This document shows, piece after piece, positions 11,352 to 25,041 of a DNA stretch of 64,000 bases (position 1 is its first letter; every line of letters starts with the position of its first letter). A program made the position numbers and the translations under genes. The notes beneath the pieces are model-generated. The model was given only the letters and a program-made list of their open reading frames with translations. It searched no databases and was not told the origin of the DNA. The stretch covers positions 34,970,001 to 35,034,000 of the forward strand of contig NC_086109.1 of the NCBI RefSeq assembly GCF_963921235.1. Direction: 5' to 3'. This DNA is from Mobula hypostoma. Lineage: Eukaryota.

Positions 11352-13325
11352 GTTGAAACCTCAAGAATGTGGCAGGCAAAGATTTCATTCAAACTATGTA
11401 CAAAAATTTCCATATTTTATAGCAAAGCTGTACTGGTGCAACCAAAACCCAGCCCATATCAATGTGCTTGCTTTAACTTACTTCCACTTTATCTAGACAC
11501 TGATCATCATAGCAAACTCGTTTTGTGCCATCAATTAGAAAACAAAAAACATCCTTGTTTGAGAATCATTATGGAGAGACAAGGGCTTATAAGGTGATGG
11601 TTTTGCAAGCATATCTCCTACGACCAAGTTCAGAATGAACTAAATTCCTATGACAATATATCTCAGTAACAATCTCATTGACTTATCTAGGCATTTCGGT
11701 TTCCACTGTCACGAAGATGACATTTGCAATGGTTTAGTGACATCCTGAACCAGTGTTTGTAAAAGGATGGCCTGCCCAATTGTAACTGAAGCTATTTATC
11801 ATTTTGGCAACATCTCATCATTACGATTCAAATAGCTGTGCTCCAGATCGACAACTGTATGCACTATAAATACAGATATATACTGCGATAAAAACACTTG
11901 AAGTAAACACTTGCAGTAAAGTACTTCTAGTTTCATTGAGTGAGAAGAATATGCTTTCTGACTGATGTCCCATTTGGTTTTGAGAGAGGAGTTTGGACAA
12001 GCTTTGGAATGTCAGTACGGTACATGGGTACCCTGAGCAATGAGGATATCATGCTGAGGGATGTCTTTACTGACCCGATGGACTGCGTAGGAGAGAGCAT
12101 GCATTTGTTCCCAGACCCATCAGTCTGCTTGCTTTCTGCAACTCCCAGTTCCTCACGACCTGTGGTTTTCCTGCTGGACCTGCTGAGTTCCTCCAGCATG
12201 TTGTGAGTGTTGCCTTACCCCAGCATCTGCAGAGTATTTTGTGTCTGTGGTTTTTCTGCTCTTCCACAAAGTGGAACAAGCTAAGAGAGTTAGCTAGATC
12301 ACAGGAAAACATAAACTATTAATTATCCTAATTGCATGCTGACAGCTTATTCTGTGAAAGGCAATTTTCACTCATTTTGAAAGGAATATAATTTCATTTT
12401 ATTTTCAAATATATTAAAATTGTTAATACATTATTAATAAGCATTTATTTTTACTAAAACCTTTGCTTTAATAATTAATTAAAATATTGGCATTTATTAA
12501 AGTTTAAAAAAGGAAGTCTAAGCCCCTAACAAAAAACAACGAACATAAGATTTTGGAATCTGAAATGACAACAGCAAATACAAAAAAAAACAAACATCTG
12601 AGCCAACAGTTTCTACGTAGAGAGAAGCAGAGTGAATATTTCAGTGGGATTTTCATTTCATATAACACCAATTCTTTTTGGGATAAAACTCTTCCAAATC
12701 AGGTCAACCAATGTGCAACATACAGAAACCATTCCCAACATGCTCTCGATGCTCACAGCTCTGGAAAACTGCCAGGAAACTGCATGTCACCCTTATTTGG
12801 TAAGCTTTATGCATATCATGCTCACCTTCATAGCGTCGTAGAGTTGTACAGCATAGAAACAGGCCCCAAAGCCCACCATGTATATGCCAAACATTATGCC
12901 TTATCTATACTAATTCCATATGCCTTCAAATAAAGTTCATGAATTGGTATGATGTGCTCTGAGTTGAAATGAATACTCAACAAAGATTGCACTTTTCCAT
13001 ATGCTGTTCTGGTTTATACCAGAAATGAAAGAATTCAAAATTGTGTATGCTACTGATGTCATTGGGTTCCCATTTAACATGAGGCATGGCAGCTGGTAGT
13101 GTTTGGTCCATTTCTCAATGGGCAGAAGTTAAAGGGTAATTGAATGCAATGGTGTTAAAATACGTGTAAAATGATTTTTTGCATACCCTACACAAATGGG
13201 TATGTGGGTTAACATACCTTACATTCAGAACAACCAAATCTTGTTAGTTTATTTTCACGGTTCATATCCTTCAGATTATTTTTAGTTACTGTGTGTACAC
13301 AGGCAAGCATAACGATGAATATACA

Positions 13326-13426
13326 GATTGTCTATTCATTTCCATAGATGCTACCTGACCTGCTGAGTTCCTTCAGCATTTTGTATGTGTTACTCTGGTT
13401 TTCCAGCATCTGCAGAATCTCTTGTC
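13326..13426 (+). mobile_element. Penelope pLTR tail fragment
   Basis: ccatagatgctacctgacctgctgagttccttcagcattttg...ccagcatctgcaga, homologous to 3372-3445; a shorter copy lies at about 12170-12246. Confidence 0.75.
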
Positions 13427-15165
13427 TGCAAGCTTAACGACGTTGTTCTATGAAGTAGTGAAATGAAAATCTTAATGGGATTTTTAGGAACAACATTAAG
13501 GTGACAGACAATGCTGTTTTAATACTATTTCTAAGCCTTGATCTCTCACACCTAATTTGTTCAGTAGCATTCTAATAACATGCTACCAGTATTGGATGCA
13601 TCACTGTAATTACTTTGAAGTCATAGAGGGGTTAACAATATTTGCAATCCATCATTCATTATGCTGTGATCTGGTTTGATAATGTATGCAGTTCAACTTG
13701 CTTCAGTAGGCTTTGGTCCTTCAAGGCATATACTGTAAATGTGGATTCTTTGCATGTACTAACTCAAGTTCTAATAGGCAGCCTACTGTTTCTGTATTAT
13801 ACATCAGAGAGGGATAGAAAGAAGTGACTTGTTCACATTTGGAATCAGAAAAGACAAGTAAGTCCTCATTTGTTCAATCTTCACTTACCGATAGAAAACT
13901 GCTTGTATTCCATGGTGAGGAAATTAATTAGATTGGACATAATCCCTTTCAGCATTTGAAGTCATGGATGGCCAATTGAATTTTCCCACTCTACTGCACA
14001 CAAAGGCAGATTTTGGGATGAAACTTTTTGCCTCTCACCCCTTCCACTGACAGCATGAGATCTTTTCAAATTATCTTCTATGTCAGAATGAAATTGATTA
14101 GGATTTGTTGTTCCTCCTTTTAAGCCATCCCTGAAGTATGTAACCTTTTGGCAAAAATCTTTCTAATCTATTAAGCCTACATCTACACATTTCCTTGTTG
14201 CCATTTCTTGATTGTTTCAATTTGCCATGCAGTTCATTGCTGATCACTGGAGTAGCATGTCACTCAATGTATTCACCTGGAGCCATTGGAACCACTTGAG
14301 CATCGGTCTGAATCACATTCAATTCTATTGACCAATGGGTAGTTGGTGCAAAACCAATCAGAATTGCTGGTTGTTTTCAGTATCTATCAAGAATTGACAA
14401 GAATAATTACGTCTTTACATCACGTGTGTGCAGGAAGTCTTCTGACCACTAGGGAAAGTGATGTTGAGATAAATTTGATGGAAAACCCCCAACACTGCAA
14501 TCCATATATCTTTTTCCTTGATTGAAAATATACTTGTTCAATATCCTGACCTTGGCAGAGTGTGAAGTAAATATGTGTCCACTTAAAAATTTGTTCCTGG
14601 AACAAAATGTTCATTGTGACGTAGAGTCACTTCATTCTTAGTTGTACCTTTAACATGTACAAAGCCATTCTCACAAAAATGAACTAAGTTTACATTGTGT
14701 TTCTACGAAGAAAGTTTCCCCTTTGCTGCAGTTATCAGGATATCCATTTAAAACAGCCTTGATGAACTGTGCTACATGTTTTCCAATACTCGAATCAGAG
14801 AAAAAAAGATCAGGCACATCCAGGGGAAAATGCACCTGGTTAAAATAATTCTTTTGCAGCTTCCAGCCTCAGACATTAATTTCAGAATTATTATAAATCT
14901 GTGAGAGATCACCATAATTTGCATTTCACTTCTTGGACTTTATGGAGAGGTCTTTCACTTGTCTAACCTTTTTTTGGGTCACTGAATATGACAGTGTTTA
15001 AGCAATGTTCTCATTGTTACAGTGTTTTGCCACAGCCAACCAGCATCTAAGCTTGAGTGGAATAACAAACAGTTTTTAGATTTGTAGGAGGAGTATAAAA
15101 AGGGGATTTGTTGATCATGTGTTGAACTGGATGACAGCTAATTTGTTTTATTGTATGCTCATTGA

Positions 15166-16668
15166 AGCTTTAGATTCTGGACTAGTTCCTGAGGATTGGA
15201 GGGTGGCTAATGTAACCCCACTTTTTAAAAAAGGAGGGAGAGAGAAACCGGGGAATTATAGACCGGTTAGCCTAACGTCGGTGGTGGGGAAACTGCTGGA
15301 GTCAGTTATCAAGGATGTGATAACAGCACATTTGGAAAGCGGTGAAATGATCGGACAAAGTCAGCATGGATTTGTGAAAGGAAAATCATGTCTGACGAAT
15401 CTCATAGAATTTTTTGAGGATGTAACTAGTAGAGTGGATAGGGGAGAACCAGTGGATGTGGTATATTTGGATTTTCAAAAGGCTTTTGACAAGGTCCCAC
15501 ATAGGAGATTAGTGTGCAAACTTAAAGCACACGGTATTGGGGGTAAGGTATTGGTGTGGGTGGAGAATTGGTTAGCAGACAGGAAGCAAAGAGTGGGAAT
15601 AAACGGGACCTTTTCAGAATGGCAGGCGGTGACTAGTGGGGTACCGCAAGGCTCAGTGCTGGGACCCCAGTTGTTTACAATATATATTAATGACTTGGAT
15701 GAGGGAATTAAATGCAGCATTTCCAAGTTTGTGGATGACACAAAGCTGGGTGGCAGTGTTAGCAGTGAGGAGGATGCTAAGAGGATGCAGGGTGACTTGG
15801 ATAGGTTGGGTGAGTGGGCAAACTCATGGCAGATGCAATTTAATGTGGATAAATGTGAAGTTATCCACTTTGGTGGCAAAAATAGGAAAACAGATTATTA
15901 TCTGAATGGTGGCCGATTAGGAAAAGGGGAGGTGCAACGAGACCTGGGTGTCATTATACACCAGTCATTGAAAGTGGGCATGCAGGTACAGCAGGCGGTG
16001 AAAAAGGCGGACGGTATGCTGGCATTTATAGCGAGAGGATTCGAGTACAGGAGCAGGGAGGTACTACTGCAGTTGTACAAGGCCTTGGTGAGACCACACC
16101 TGGAGTATTGTGTGCAGTTTTGGTCCCCTAATCTGAGGAAAGACATCTTTGCCATAGAGGGAGTACAAAGAAGGTTCACCAGATTGATTCCTGGGATGGC
16201 AGGTCTTTCATATGAAGAAAGACTGGATGAACTGGGCTTGTACTCGTTGGAATTTAGAAGATTGAGGGGGGATCTGATTGAAACGTATAAGATCCTAAAG
16301 GGATTGGACAGGCTAGATGCGGGAAGATTGTTCCCGATGTTGGGGAGGTCTAGAACGAGGGGTCACAGTTTGAGGATAGAGGGGAAGCCTTTTAGGACCG
16401 AGGTTAGGAAAAACTTCTTCACACAGAGAGTGGTGAATCTGTGGAATTCTCTGCCACAGCAAACTGTTGAGGCCAGTTCATTAGCTATGTTTAAAAGGAA
16501 GTTAGATATGGCCCTTGTGGCTACAGGGGTCAGGGGGTATGGAGGGAAGGCTGGGTTCTGAGTTGGATGATCAGCCATGATCATAATAAATGGCGGTGCA
16601 GGCTCGAAGGGCCGAATGGCCTACTCCTGCACCTATTTTCTATGTTTCTATGTTTCTATGTTTCTATG
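15166..16668 (+). mobile_element. Young 5'-truncated CR1 LINE
   Basis: Uninterrupted RT ORF, 3' UTR and (TTTCTATG)4 tail at 16637-16668. Confidence 0.95.
15167..16561 (+). CDS. CR1 ORF2 reverse-transcriptase domain and C-terminus (5'-truncated, no endonuclease, no genuine start codon)
   Basis: NYRPVSLTS, YLDFQKAFDKV, GVPQGSVLGP, KFVDDTKL (FADD variant), RDLGV, RPHLEYCVQFW motifs. Confidence 0.9.
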   Translation, partial: ALDSGLVPEDWRVANVTPLFKKGGREKPGNYRPVSLTSVVGKLLESVIKDVITAHLESGEMIGQSQHGFVKGKSCLTNLIEFFEDVTSRVDRGEPVDVVYLDFQKAFDKVPHRRLVCKLKAHGIGGKVLVWVENWLADRKQRVGINGTFSEWQAVTSGVPQGSVLGPQLFTIYINDLDEGIKCSISKFVDDTKLGGSVSSEEDAKRMQGDLDRLGEWANSWQMQFNVDKCEVIHFGGKNRKTDYYLNGGRLGKGEVQRDLGVIIHQSLKVGMQVQQAVKKADGMLAFIARGFEYRSREVLLQLYKALVRPHLEYCVQFWSPNLRKDIFAIEGVQRRFTRLIPGMAGLSYEERLDELGLYSLEFRRLRGDLIETYKILKGLDRLDAGRLFPMLGRSRTRGHSLRIEGKPFRTEVRKNFFTQRVVNLWNSLPQQTVEASSLAMFKRKLDMALVATGVRGYGGKAGF

Positions 16669-17239
16669 TTAAGTGTTACTGTGAAAGGCAGTCAAGGTAA
16701 TATGATATGTCAATTTATTGACTGATAAAACACCATCGTACATTTTAGGTTTAGGCAAAAATTAAAGTACAAAACATTTAAAACTATTTTTAATCTTCCA
16801 CTTTTTAAATAAGAAGCTGACTTTCAGGTTTTGATGCATTTGCAAGGTAGGTCTTCCCTGTTTACTCTATAGAAAAAATTCTTTATGCAGTGGCTGATGT
16901 TATCTTGTGCTGTACTGTGAGCTGCTTTTCATAATGGATGCCCTGAATCCTCACTGAAATTTTACCTGCAATTGTGGTTTCAGGAATCTAAGTTGAACAA
17001 GTGGCTTTGATCTTTCGAGATATACGTGTGATTTCATTAATAATGCCTATTGAATAAGGCATTTTATCCATTCTTATTAAAGTCACAAAGAAAACACAAC
17101 TTGAACTTGTATTTGATGTCAAAGTAATCATTCAAGGCCATTTTTCAAATTAATAAGTAAAAAAAAGTTGATTTAATAGTTGCTCAATGAGAAAGATCAC
17201 ATGGGAGTAGATAGAAATACTGGGCTATGGATTTTAGGG

Positions 17240-17442
17240 AACACACATCAAAGTTGCTGGTGAACGCAGCAGGCCAGGCAGCATCTCTAGGAAGAGGTCC
17301 AGTCAACATTTCGGGCCGAGACCCTTCGTCAGGACTAACTGAAGGAAGAGCTAGTAAGAGATTTGAAAGTGGGAGGGGGAGGGGGAGATCCAAAATGACA
17401 GGAGAAGACAGGAGGGGGAGGGATGGAGCCAAGAGCTGGGAA
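17240..17442 (-). mobile_element. Penelope 3' tail/pLTR with hammerhead motif (17301-17336)
   Basis: Reverse complement reads AGUC-CUGACGA-AGGGUCUCGGCCC-GAAAUGUU-GACU (CpG-decayed ACGU and GUC). Confidence 0.85.
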
Positions 17443-17504
17443 TTATTTCTAGTGGTTGAAGCCTGGATGGCTAAACAGATACCCATCCGGCCTCCCCTCT
17501 GAGA

Positions 17505-17915
17505 CTCTGTGTGCACTTCTCACTGCATCAGCAATGGAAACAGCATAATCAAAGACCCCACCCACCATGAACATACTCTCTTCTCTCCTCTCCTATCAGG
17601 CAGAAGATTTAAAAAAACCCTGAAAGCACATACCACCAGCCTCAAGTAGCACTTCTACCCTGCTATTATAAGGCTATTGAATGGACATCTTGTATGATAA
17701 GGTGGACGTTTGACATCACAATCTACCTCATCATGGCCTCAAGCCATACTGTTTGCCTGGACTGCACTTTCTCCATAACCACAGCACTATAATCTGCATT
17801 CAGTTATTGTTTTCCCTTGTACTATCTTGATGTACTGATGTGAAGAAGTGTTCTGTATGAATGACATGCAAAACAAAATTCTTCAGTTTACCTCTGTATG
17901 TGGCTGTAATCAACC
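17505..17915 (+). mobile_element. Rex1/Babar-like LINE 3' remnant
   Basis: SIIKDPTHH..LFSPLLSGRR..TTSLK..FYPAIIRLLN-like C-terminus followed by 3' UTR. Confidence 0.6.
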
Positions 17916-18741
17916 AATTCACATAATGGTGCAGGGAATACAAACGAAGCCAGCATTAAAAAATGGTTCGATAACATAAGGGCAACTGCAGTTCTGATGG
18001 AAATAATGGACAATGGAGGGCAGATCAATTAAAGGAAAGAAAATAATCTTTTATCTGCAAGGTTTGAGATTGCCAATGAGCACAGTGGTGATCGTTATGT
18101 GTGAACGAATGCCGGGTAGGATTTTGAAGAGCTGAATGTTACAGGTTAGAGATTAGAAAGTGAACTAGCATTGCATTAGTTTAACTTAAGTGAGACTGAT
18201 AAAGGTTCAAGGGTTTAAGCAGCCAGCAGACTGAGGGAGTCATTACCACAGAGTTATACTGCAATTCAAGCTTAATTTCAGTTGGAATTAACACAATATA
18301 TTTCCAAACATCCTAGCTCAGCCTGAAAATGTTGGGTAAATTCCTTCAAACAATAACTTTCAATAGTGAGTCCAAAAAATGTTGGAGATTTAGAACTACG
18401 TGTTCTAAGAGATGACTAAGAGATGACTGCTGCTATTTTTTATTCTCCCCAAAAAAGACTAGTTACTAAATTGATAGTAGGTATTCAAAATATTGAAATG
18501 GACTGTACTCCCTAAGTTTCATCTCCAGCTGGTCAAGAGCTCAGTAGCTGACATGCCAACTAGTGATAATACATTGGCATAGAGCTGTGAATGACAGGGA
18601 GCTGACATGCAAAACCTTTCAATCTTTCAACTGTTCAAGATGTTCTCCTTGTGGTGCAACGACATGCTGATACCAGCTTGGCAAGTATTTGAAATGATGT
18701 TCTTGCCACCAGAAATTTTTAAAAAAGACCTGGATAGATAA

Positions 18742-18868
18742 ACAGACAATAGACAATAGACAATAGGTGCAGAAGTAGGCCATTCGGCCCTTCGAGCCAG
18801 CACTGCCATTCATTGTGATCATGGCTGATCATCCACAATCAGTATGCAGTTCCTGCCTTTTCCCCATA
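18742..18868 (-). mobile_element. CR1 3' tail
   Basis: Reverse complement of the CR1 3' UTR (ggctcgaagggccgaatggcctac) with a (CTATTGT)n tail. Confidence 0.8.
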
Positions 18869-19014
18869 GGTAGATAGAAGAAGAAGAATCTGGAAGTTCG
18901 ATAATCCCTGTTGAAAGTAAATCCCAAAAAAGAGTTAAAGACAATCAGGTTACTCAGAGGGGTTAGCTTTAAAATTTCCTGTTTTAAAATTGAAGTAGTT
19001 AATACTGACTAGAG

Positions 19015-19915
19015 AAAATCTTCAGATGCTGGAAATCCAAGATACAAACACACAATGCTGGAGATACTCAGCAGACCGGGCAGTATCTATGGAAAAGAGT
19101 ACAGTCAACATTTTGGGCCAAGACCTTTCGACAGGACTGAAGAAAAAAAGATGAGGAGTCAGTGTAAGAAGGTGAGGGGAGGGGAGGAGGAAACACAAGG
19201 TGATAGGAGAAACCGGAGGAGTGTAGTAAAGAGCTGGGAAGTTGGTTGCTGAAAGAGATACACGGCTGGAGAAGGGGGAGTCTGACAGGAGAAGACAGAA
19301 GGCCAAGGAAGAAAGAAAACAGTGAGGAGCACCAGAGGGAGATGGTAGGCTGGTAAAGAGATAAGGTGAGAGAGGGAAACGGGGATGGGGATTGGTGAAG
19401 GAAGGGGAAGGGCATTACCGGAAGATCGAGAAATCGATGTTCATGCCATCAGGTTGGAGGCTACCCAAGTGGAACGTGAGGTGTTTCTCCTCCATCCTGA
19501 GTGTGGCCCCATCACTACAGTGGAGGAGGCCATGGGCTGACATGTCGGAAGTAGAATTAAAATAGTGGCCTCTGGGAGGTCCCACCTTTTCTGGCGGACA
19601 GAGTGTAGATGCTCGGCGAAGCAGTCTCCCAATCCATGTCGGGTCTCACTGATATACAGGAGGCCACACCAGGATACAGTAGATGACCCCAACAGGGTCA
19701 CAGGTGAAGTATTGCTTCATCTGGAAGGACTGTTTGGGGCTGTGAAAGGTAGTGAGGGAGGAGGTGTACAGGCGTAGTGCTTGTTCTGTTTGCTAAGATA
19801 TGTGCTGGGAGGGACGAATGAAGAAGGGAGTCATCCCTGTGGAAAGCAGAAAGTAGGTGGGGGGGGAGATGTGCTTGGTGGTGGGATCTCACTGGGGATA
19901 GCAGATGTTACGGAG
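19015..19915 (-). mobile_element. Penelope-like element 3' part with degenerate GIY-YIG endonuclease
   Basis: CGLLYISETRHGLGDCFAEHLHSVRQ...GSLQPDGMNIDFS; pyrimidine-rich tail; degenerate hammerhead at 19103-19138. Confidence 0.85.
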
Positions 19916-21184
19916 TTAATACTGATGCACTTCGGAGCAAGCTAGATGAAACATCTGGCAGCAAAAGGAAAATATAAAGTATACAGGTAGGGTTAGGTGA
20001 CATGGGAGTGAGGAGGCGTGTGTGGGTGTGAACATGGGCAGGAATAATTCAGAATGAACAGTCTCTGTCTATGTTTCAGATTTGATATGATTTCATATCA
20101 TTGGTGGATGACTCTGGTTGTGATTGATTATCTATGACTGCAACCATGTGATGACAGGCAAACCAGATGATAATTGGAACAATTGCACTCAATGGAAATA
20201 GTATTACTAAACATGTAAAAAATGTTGTGGGTCACAAAGATTGACTGATGGTAATGCAGTGAAGTTTGTTTGACAAAGGACATTCTTATGGCATTGTTTA
20301 ATGCAAGTTGATCTTTGGGTGAGTTGGAAAAGTAATTGAAGGACATTGATATCTTCAAACAGAGAAATTAATGAACATGGTTTGCAAATTCCAAGAGGTG
20401 AAGGATTCTTTTGAGATAAAATTGATGTGATGGGGAAGTAAACAATTCGGAATAGAAAGAATGAAACAAAAACTGAAACATTCTTGAAACACTCAGCTGG
20501 TCAGCCTGTATCAATGGAAAGAGAAATTGAGCTAATGTGTCAGATTAAATACATTTCTGTCAAAACCTTTGTCTTCACCTTGATACATTAACTCTTTTTT
20601 ATCTGCTCTTAGACGTGGCCTGCTATGCTGAGCATTTCTAGCACTTCTGCTTTTAGATTTCTAGAATCTGGAATTCTGTTTGATTTTTGACTGAGGAGAG
20701 AGAACCCTGTGTGACATTGGCTACAGAGTATTGGAAGGGATTTTAAGTGATTAGACATTGATTGGGAATGAAGGAAAAGGATCAAGTATCATACTTCAAA
20801 AGAGAAACTCACTCATTGTATTATGGGTGCTTCCATTATTCTTTTGTTTTAATTCAGATATCAAGCAACAGCTTTTTTGATTTTCATTTGGTTTTCGATG
20901 GTTACTTTGAAAAGCTGGATCAGGGTAAGAATATTTCACTGGTGCATATTTATCTGCCTGCCGGCTTGGTACCAGGATCTTCCTTCCCTTTCCTACATTC
21001 CAGCATGTTCATCTCATACCAGCAGAGTACTGTATTTCTTTTCCCTGGTCTCTTCAGGTATTCATGAAGCTTTGCTGAAAGCCACTTTTGAAATATAATG
21101 CTGTCTCTATATTCTTTGATCTTTCCCTTTCCTTATATGATTTTCTCACTTAATTACAATGCATTAGAGTATTAAATTCTTCAA

Positions 21185-21790
21185 AAGGCCATGCCTCAAA
21201 GAGACGGCATCCAAATTAAGGAAGCCCAGCACCTAGGACGTACCCTCTTCTCATTACTGTACTGCCATCAGAGAGAGGATACAGGAGCCTGAAGTCAGAC
21301 TCAGATGTACCATATCAGATCCACTGGGAGAATATGACAGGTGTTGCATGCAGCTGTTTGATAGCGTGGTAAATGGATTGTGTCTCCTACGTGCAAGGGC
21401 TGTCTCTTTTGGGCGTGGGCTTTCGAATGTGCATGTTTTCATTTCAGCAAGCTCAGTTTATAGCACCTGCACTGTAAGTTGCTCAGCGTGTACTGCTAGT
21501 GACAGAACACAGTAAAATATTTAATCATACTACTCCATTGCGTTCTTGCTCCATGTATACATTACATCAATGTTTTAGAGAGACCTTCTGCTCCAGTATC
21601 TGATTTCTGAACGGACAATGAACCCATGAAAACTACCTCAGTAATTTTGCTCTCTTTTTCCACTGCTTATTTATTTTATATATATTTTTTCATATTATAA
21701 TTTATAGTCTATTTTATGTATTGCATTGTACCGCTGCTGCAAAAAGCCACATTTCATGACATAAGTCAATGAAAGAAATCTGATTCTGAA
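21185..21790 (+). mobile_element. Rex1/Babar-like LINE 3' remnant, interrupted at 21306-21566
   Basis: ALFSLL..PSERGYRSL-like segment resumes after the insert; typical 3' UTR ending ctgattctga. Confidence 0.55.
21306..21566. mobile_element. Probable old ~260-bp solo LTR (unrelated family)
   Basis: TGTA...TACA ends, interrupts a LINE remnant, imperfect flanking duplication tcaga/tcaat. Confidence 0.4.
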
Positions 21791-21937
21791 CTCATGCTAC
21801 TAATACTTACTATGAATTGCGTTCTTCAACCTTTAGCATGGTACTCAATATATAATCCATAACTTACATTCCAACATATCAATAACTATAAGACACATTA
21901 TAGCCAAAGTTCTAGCTATAATGTGTGAATAATATAG

Positions 21938-22445
21938 GACCCCTTACCTAAGAAAGGATGTGCTGACGTTGAACAGGGTTTGAACAAGATTCACGAAAAT
22001 GATTCCAGGATTGAAAGGCTTATTATATGCGGACCATTTGATGGCTCTGGGCATGTACTTGCTAGAATTTAGAAGAAGGAGGGGGGATCTTATTAAAATC
22101 TATTGAATGTTGAGAGGCCTAGATAGAGTGGATGTGGAGAGGATGTTTCCTATATTGGGGGAGTCTAGGTCCAGAGGGCACATCCTCAGAATCGAGGGAT
22201 GTCCATTCATAATGGAGATAAGGAGGAACTGCTTTAGCCAGTGGATTGAGGATCTGTGGAACTCTTTGCCACTGGTGGCTGTGGAAGCCAGGTCAGTAAG
22301 TGTACTCAAGTCGGAGGCTGATAGAGTCTTGATGAGTCAAGGTGTGAAAGGTTACAGGGAGAAGGCAGGAGATTACAGTTGAGAGAGAAATGGTGGAGCA
22401 GATTTGATGGGCTGAATGCCCTAATTTGCTCCTTGTGTTATGGTT
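21938..22445 (+). mobile_element. CR1 LINE 3' fragment
   Basis: MLRGLDRVDVERMFPILGESRSRGHILRIEG...LWNSLP. Confidence 0.85.
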
Positions 22446-24334
22446 TTACAGTGAAGTTTTTTTAACTTTTCAAGATTTGATTTTACAATAGAAAAAAATT
22501 CAGTGGACATTGAGACCAAAAATACAGTTTCATTTGAGATGGAAACCAAGCTTTTTTTTTGTGATAAGCTAAAGCTCTACTTCAATACTGTGCTTGTTCT
22601 TTTCTGCTGTTATTACTTTATTTCAATTAAAATCTGCTTTAGGATTTTGTGCATGTACCAAAATGTTTAGAATATCACTCGCTAGCTCATTACTTTATAC
22701 TCCATTTTATTTCAAATGATGAAAGTATTTTTAAATGCCTGTAATTTAGCAATTTGTAACAAGGATGATTGTAAAAGTCAGTAATTATTTACAGGAAGAT
22801 TTCCATCAAATGAGTTAAGAATAATTTAATTTAGCCATGCATATGGCACAAATAGATACCAATTTCAACATTTGTTTTCAAGAGCATTCTAGGTGCAGTT
22901 ATAATCATTAATGAAAAGCCCTTGTACTGTTCTTTGTGAGCTTTTCATTCAAGGAAATATGTTAAAGAACTTGAAATAGTGAAGCTAAGGGGAAGGAGAA
23001 GAACTAATTAATTTTGCTGAGGAAACTAGTTAAGTGAAAGTTAAAAAAAAAGTCTTATGTAGTGTTGTATAAAGTGTACTTCACTAAAGGGAATTGGAAT
23101 TGAATCGCTAAATAGTTCTCTTGCAAAAGGAAAGGAACAAAGAATAAGGGATAATTTATTTTGCTGTTAAATCAATTTCTGTTAACAGTGGGCAGGTTTT
23201 TGAGTTGCTGGAAAACTATCATGAGAGTTCACTTCTGTTTTTTTCTAGTGGTAGTTTGCTTACAAGGTTATAGCAATGAAGGAGAATTGGCAAGATTTTT
23301 AAAATTATCCCTGAAATGCAATTGGGTGCCAGGGAAGTAATTGACAAACCACTTACTGTAGATTTGGATCCTGCTAACTGGGAAATAGCTTTGTTAGTCA
23401 ACAATAGAAAAGACAGATACAAGTAGTTGCTAAACTTTTCCAAGCAGCATTGCAGGTAAAATTAGAAAAGTCCTGCAAGTGGACTGTTAACTGCTATGGT
23501 GCATCAGCAGTAGGCCCAATTTACTGAACACCAAGTACAAGTTACTCTACTACCCAGTAAAGCTTAATATACCCTTACTTACTAAAGGGGAAATGAATTG
23601 TGACTGTTGATTCATGTTGCTTTGAAGGTGATAGCAACAGCAGAAATTGTGGCATAATGCTGAAGACAACTGGACCACTGTTTGTGAATGCTGCACTCAG
23701 GGGGAACAACGGAGGAAGATAAATATCCCTTCTTTGCATGGTGCCAAGATGCCTTCCAATTACACACAGAAAAGACAGTGGAAAGGGAATAGTTGGTTCA
23801 GACACTTGAAAAGCGGAATCTCTTCCATCACCGTATTTGCCTGAATTGACATATGGTGTCTATAATGCAGAACAATGTAAATGGAATTCTGAGCGACAGG
23901 GAAGCCAGTAATCCTTGCACTTGTTTATTCACCCTGCTGCGTCTGGATAAGGAGAGTAGTGTGTATTCAGCTCCCTTTGAATAAAGAAAATTGTTGACCT
24001 CTTCTTTACAGCAGCGGCAGAAATTAATAGTCCTGATAAATATAGCCTGCAGAGATCCTCTTTCAGCTTTCTTGATTTTCCTCTGCTCATTTTCCACTCT
24101 TGGTATTCTTAAGGGGAAATACTTACTAGTGTGCCTGTGTAAGCTTTGAAGCCAACACAAACACCTTCACAACTGGACACATCACTTCCAATGGCTGAAG
24201 TCAAGTCCAGTGAAATGTATTAAGTATAGGGAGGCACAGTACACTTACTTACAACATCATCACAGGCTTGTAGGTTCAGACAGCACGTACAGTACATAAA
24301 TTACACAGGAACTGGACAATCTGGCACAGGAGTA

Positions 24335-24594
24335 CATTCAGCCAGAGACTCATCCCACCGAGATGCAGCACTGAGCATCATAGGAAGTCATTCCTGCCTG
24401 TGGCCATCAAACTTTACAATTCCTCCCCTGGAGGGTCAGACATCCTGAGCCAATAGGCTGGTCCTGGACTTATTTCATAATTTACTGGCATAATTTAAAT
24501 ATCACTATTTAACTATTTATGGTTCTATTACTAGTTATTATTTATGGAGCAACTAACGAAAACCAGTTTCCCCCGGGATTAATAAAGTATGACT
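24335..24594 (+). mobile_element. Rex1/Babar-like LINE 3' end
   Basis: QRLIPPRCSTEHHRKSFLPVAIKLYNSS followed by a tail ending aataaagtatgact; the same tail recurs at about 27698-27808. Confidence 0.65.
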
Positions 24595-24761
24595 TTCAAC
24601 CTTATTAACATAATTGTATGCAAATGTTTTGCTCCAACGTTTGCAGTCTTTTTCCAAATCAGTAAGCAATACCTTGTAAAGTTAGGCTCCCAATCACAAC
24701 CAAGTCAATCAATCAATCATTATTGTTTTTTCTTCTTCCAATGGAACTAGAGGAAGAGATT

Positions 24762-25041
24762 TTATGGGAGAAGAACTGTCAATTTTTCTCTTAAAAATTC
24801 TTCATTCATCTGGGTGACGTGCTCAAACTTGCACTTTAATCTTTCTTGTCCTTCAGAGGATAACACTTTCATTACAGTTTTCTTATCACACCCTTCCCGC
24901 AGGTAATTACAGAGATTCTTCTGGAAAAACATGCTTTGGAGGTAACAAATCTGCATAGCAAACACCGCAATGTAACCTGATGTCCCAAAGTCCTGAAAGC
25001 GTAAATTTTGAAGAATCATTAACCATATAACAACTTCTTTC
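24762..25041 (-). CDS. Candidate terminal coding exon of an unidentified host gene
   Basis: Acceptor tcttgctttgtag; 92 open codons KEVVIWLMILQNLRFQDFGTSGYIAVFAMQICYL...EEFLREKLTVLLP*; phase 2 start matches exon 28095-28125. Confidence 0.5.

Noticed and set aside
11933..12165. Overlapping ORFs on both strands with coding-like composition
   Set aside because: No convincing splice sites or recognisable motif; the ORFs run into a Penelope fragment
15119..15166. N-terminal extension and start codon of the 480-aa RT ORF
   Set aside because: Flanking DNA fortuitously in frame with a 5'-truncated CR1; this is not a standalone RT gene or retron-like system
23582..23842. Minus-strand open frame ending at a gtaagt donor
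   Set aside because: Weak acceptor, low-information peptide, and it lies downstream of the candidate stop codon
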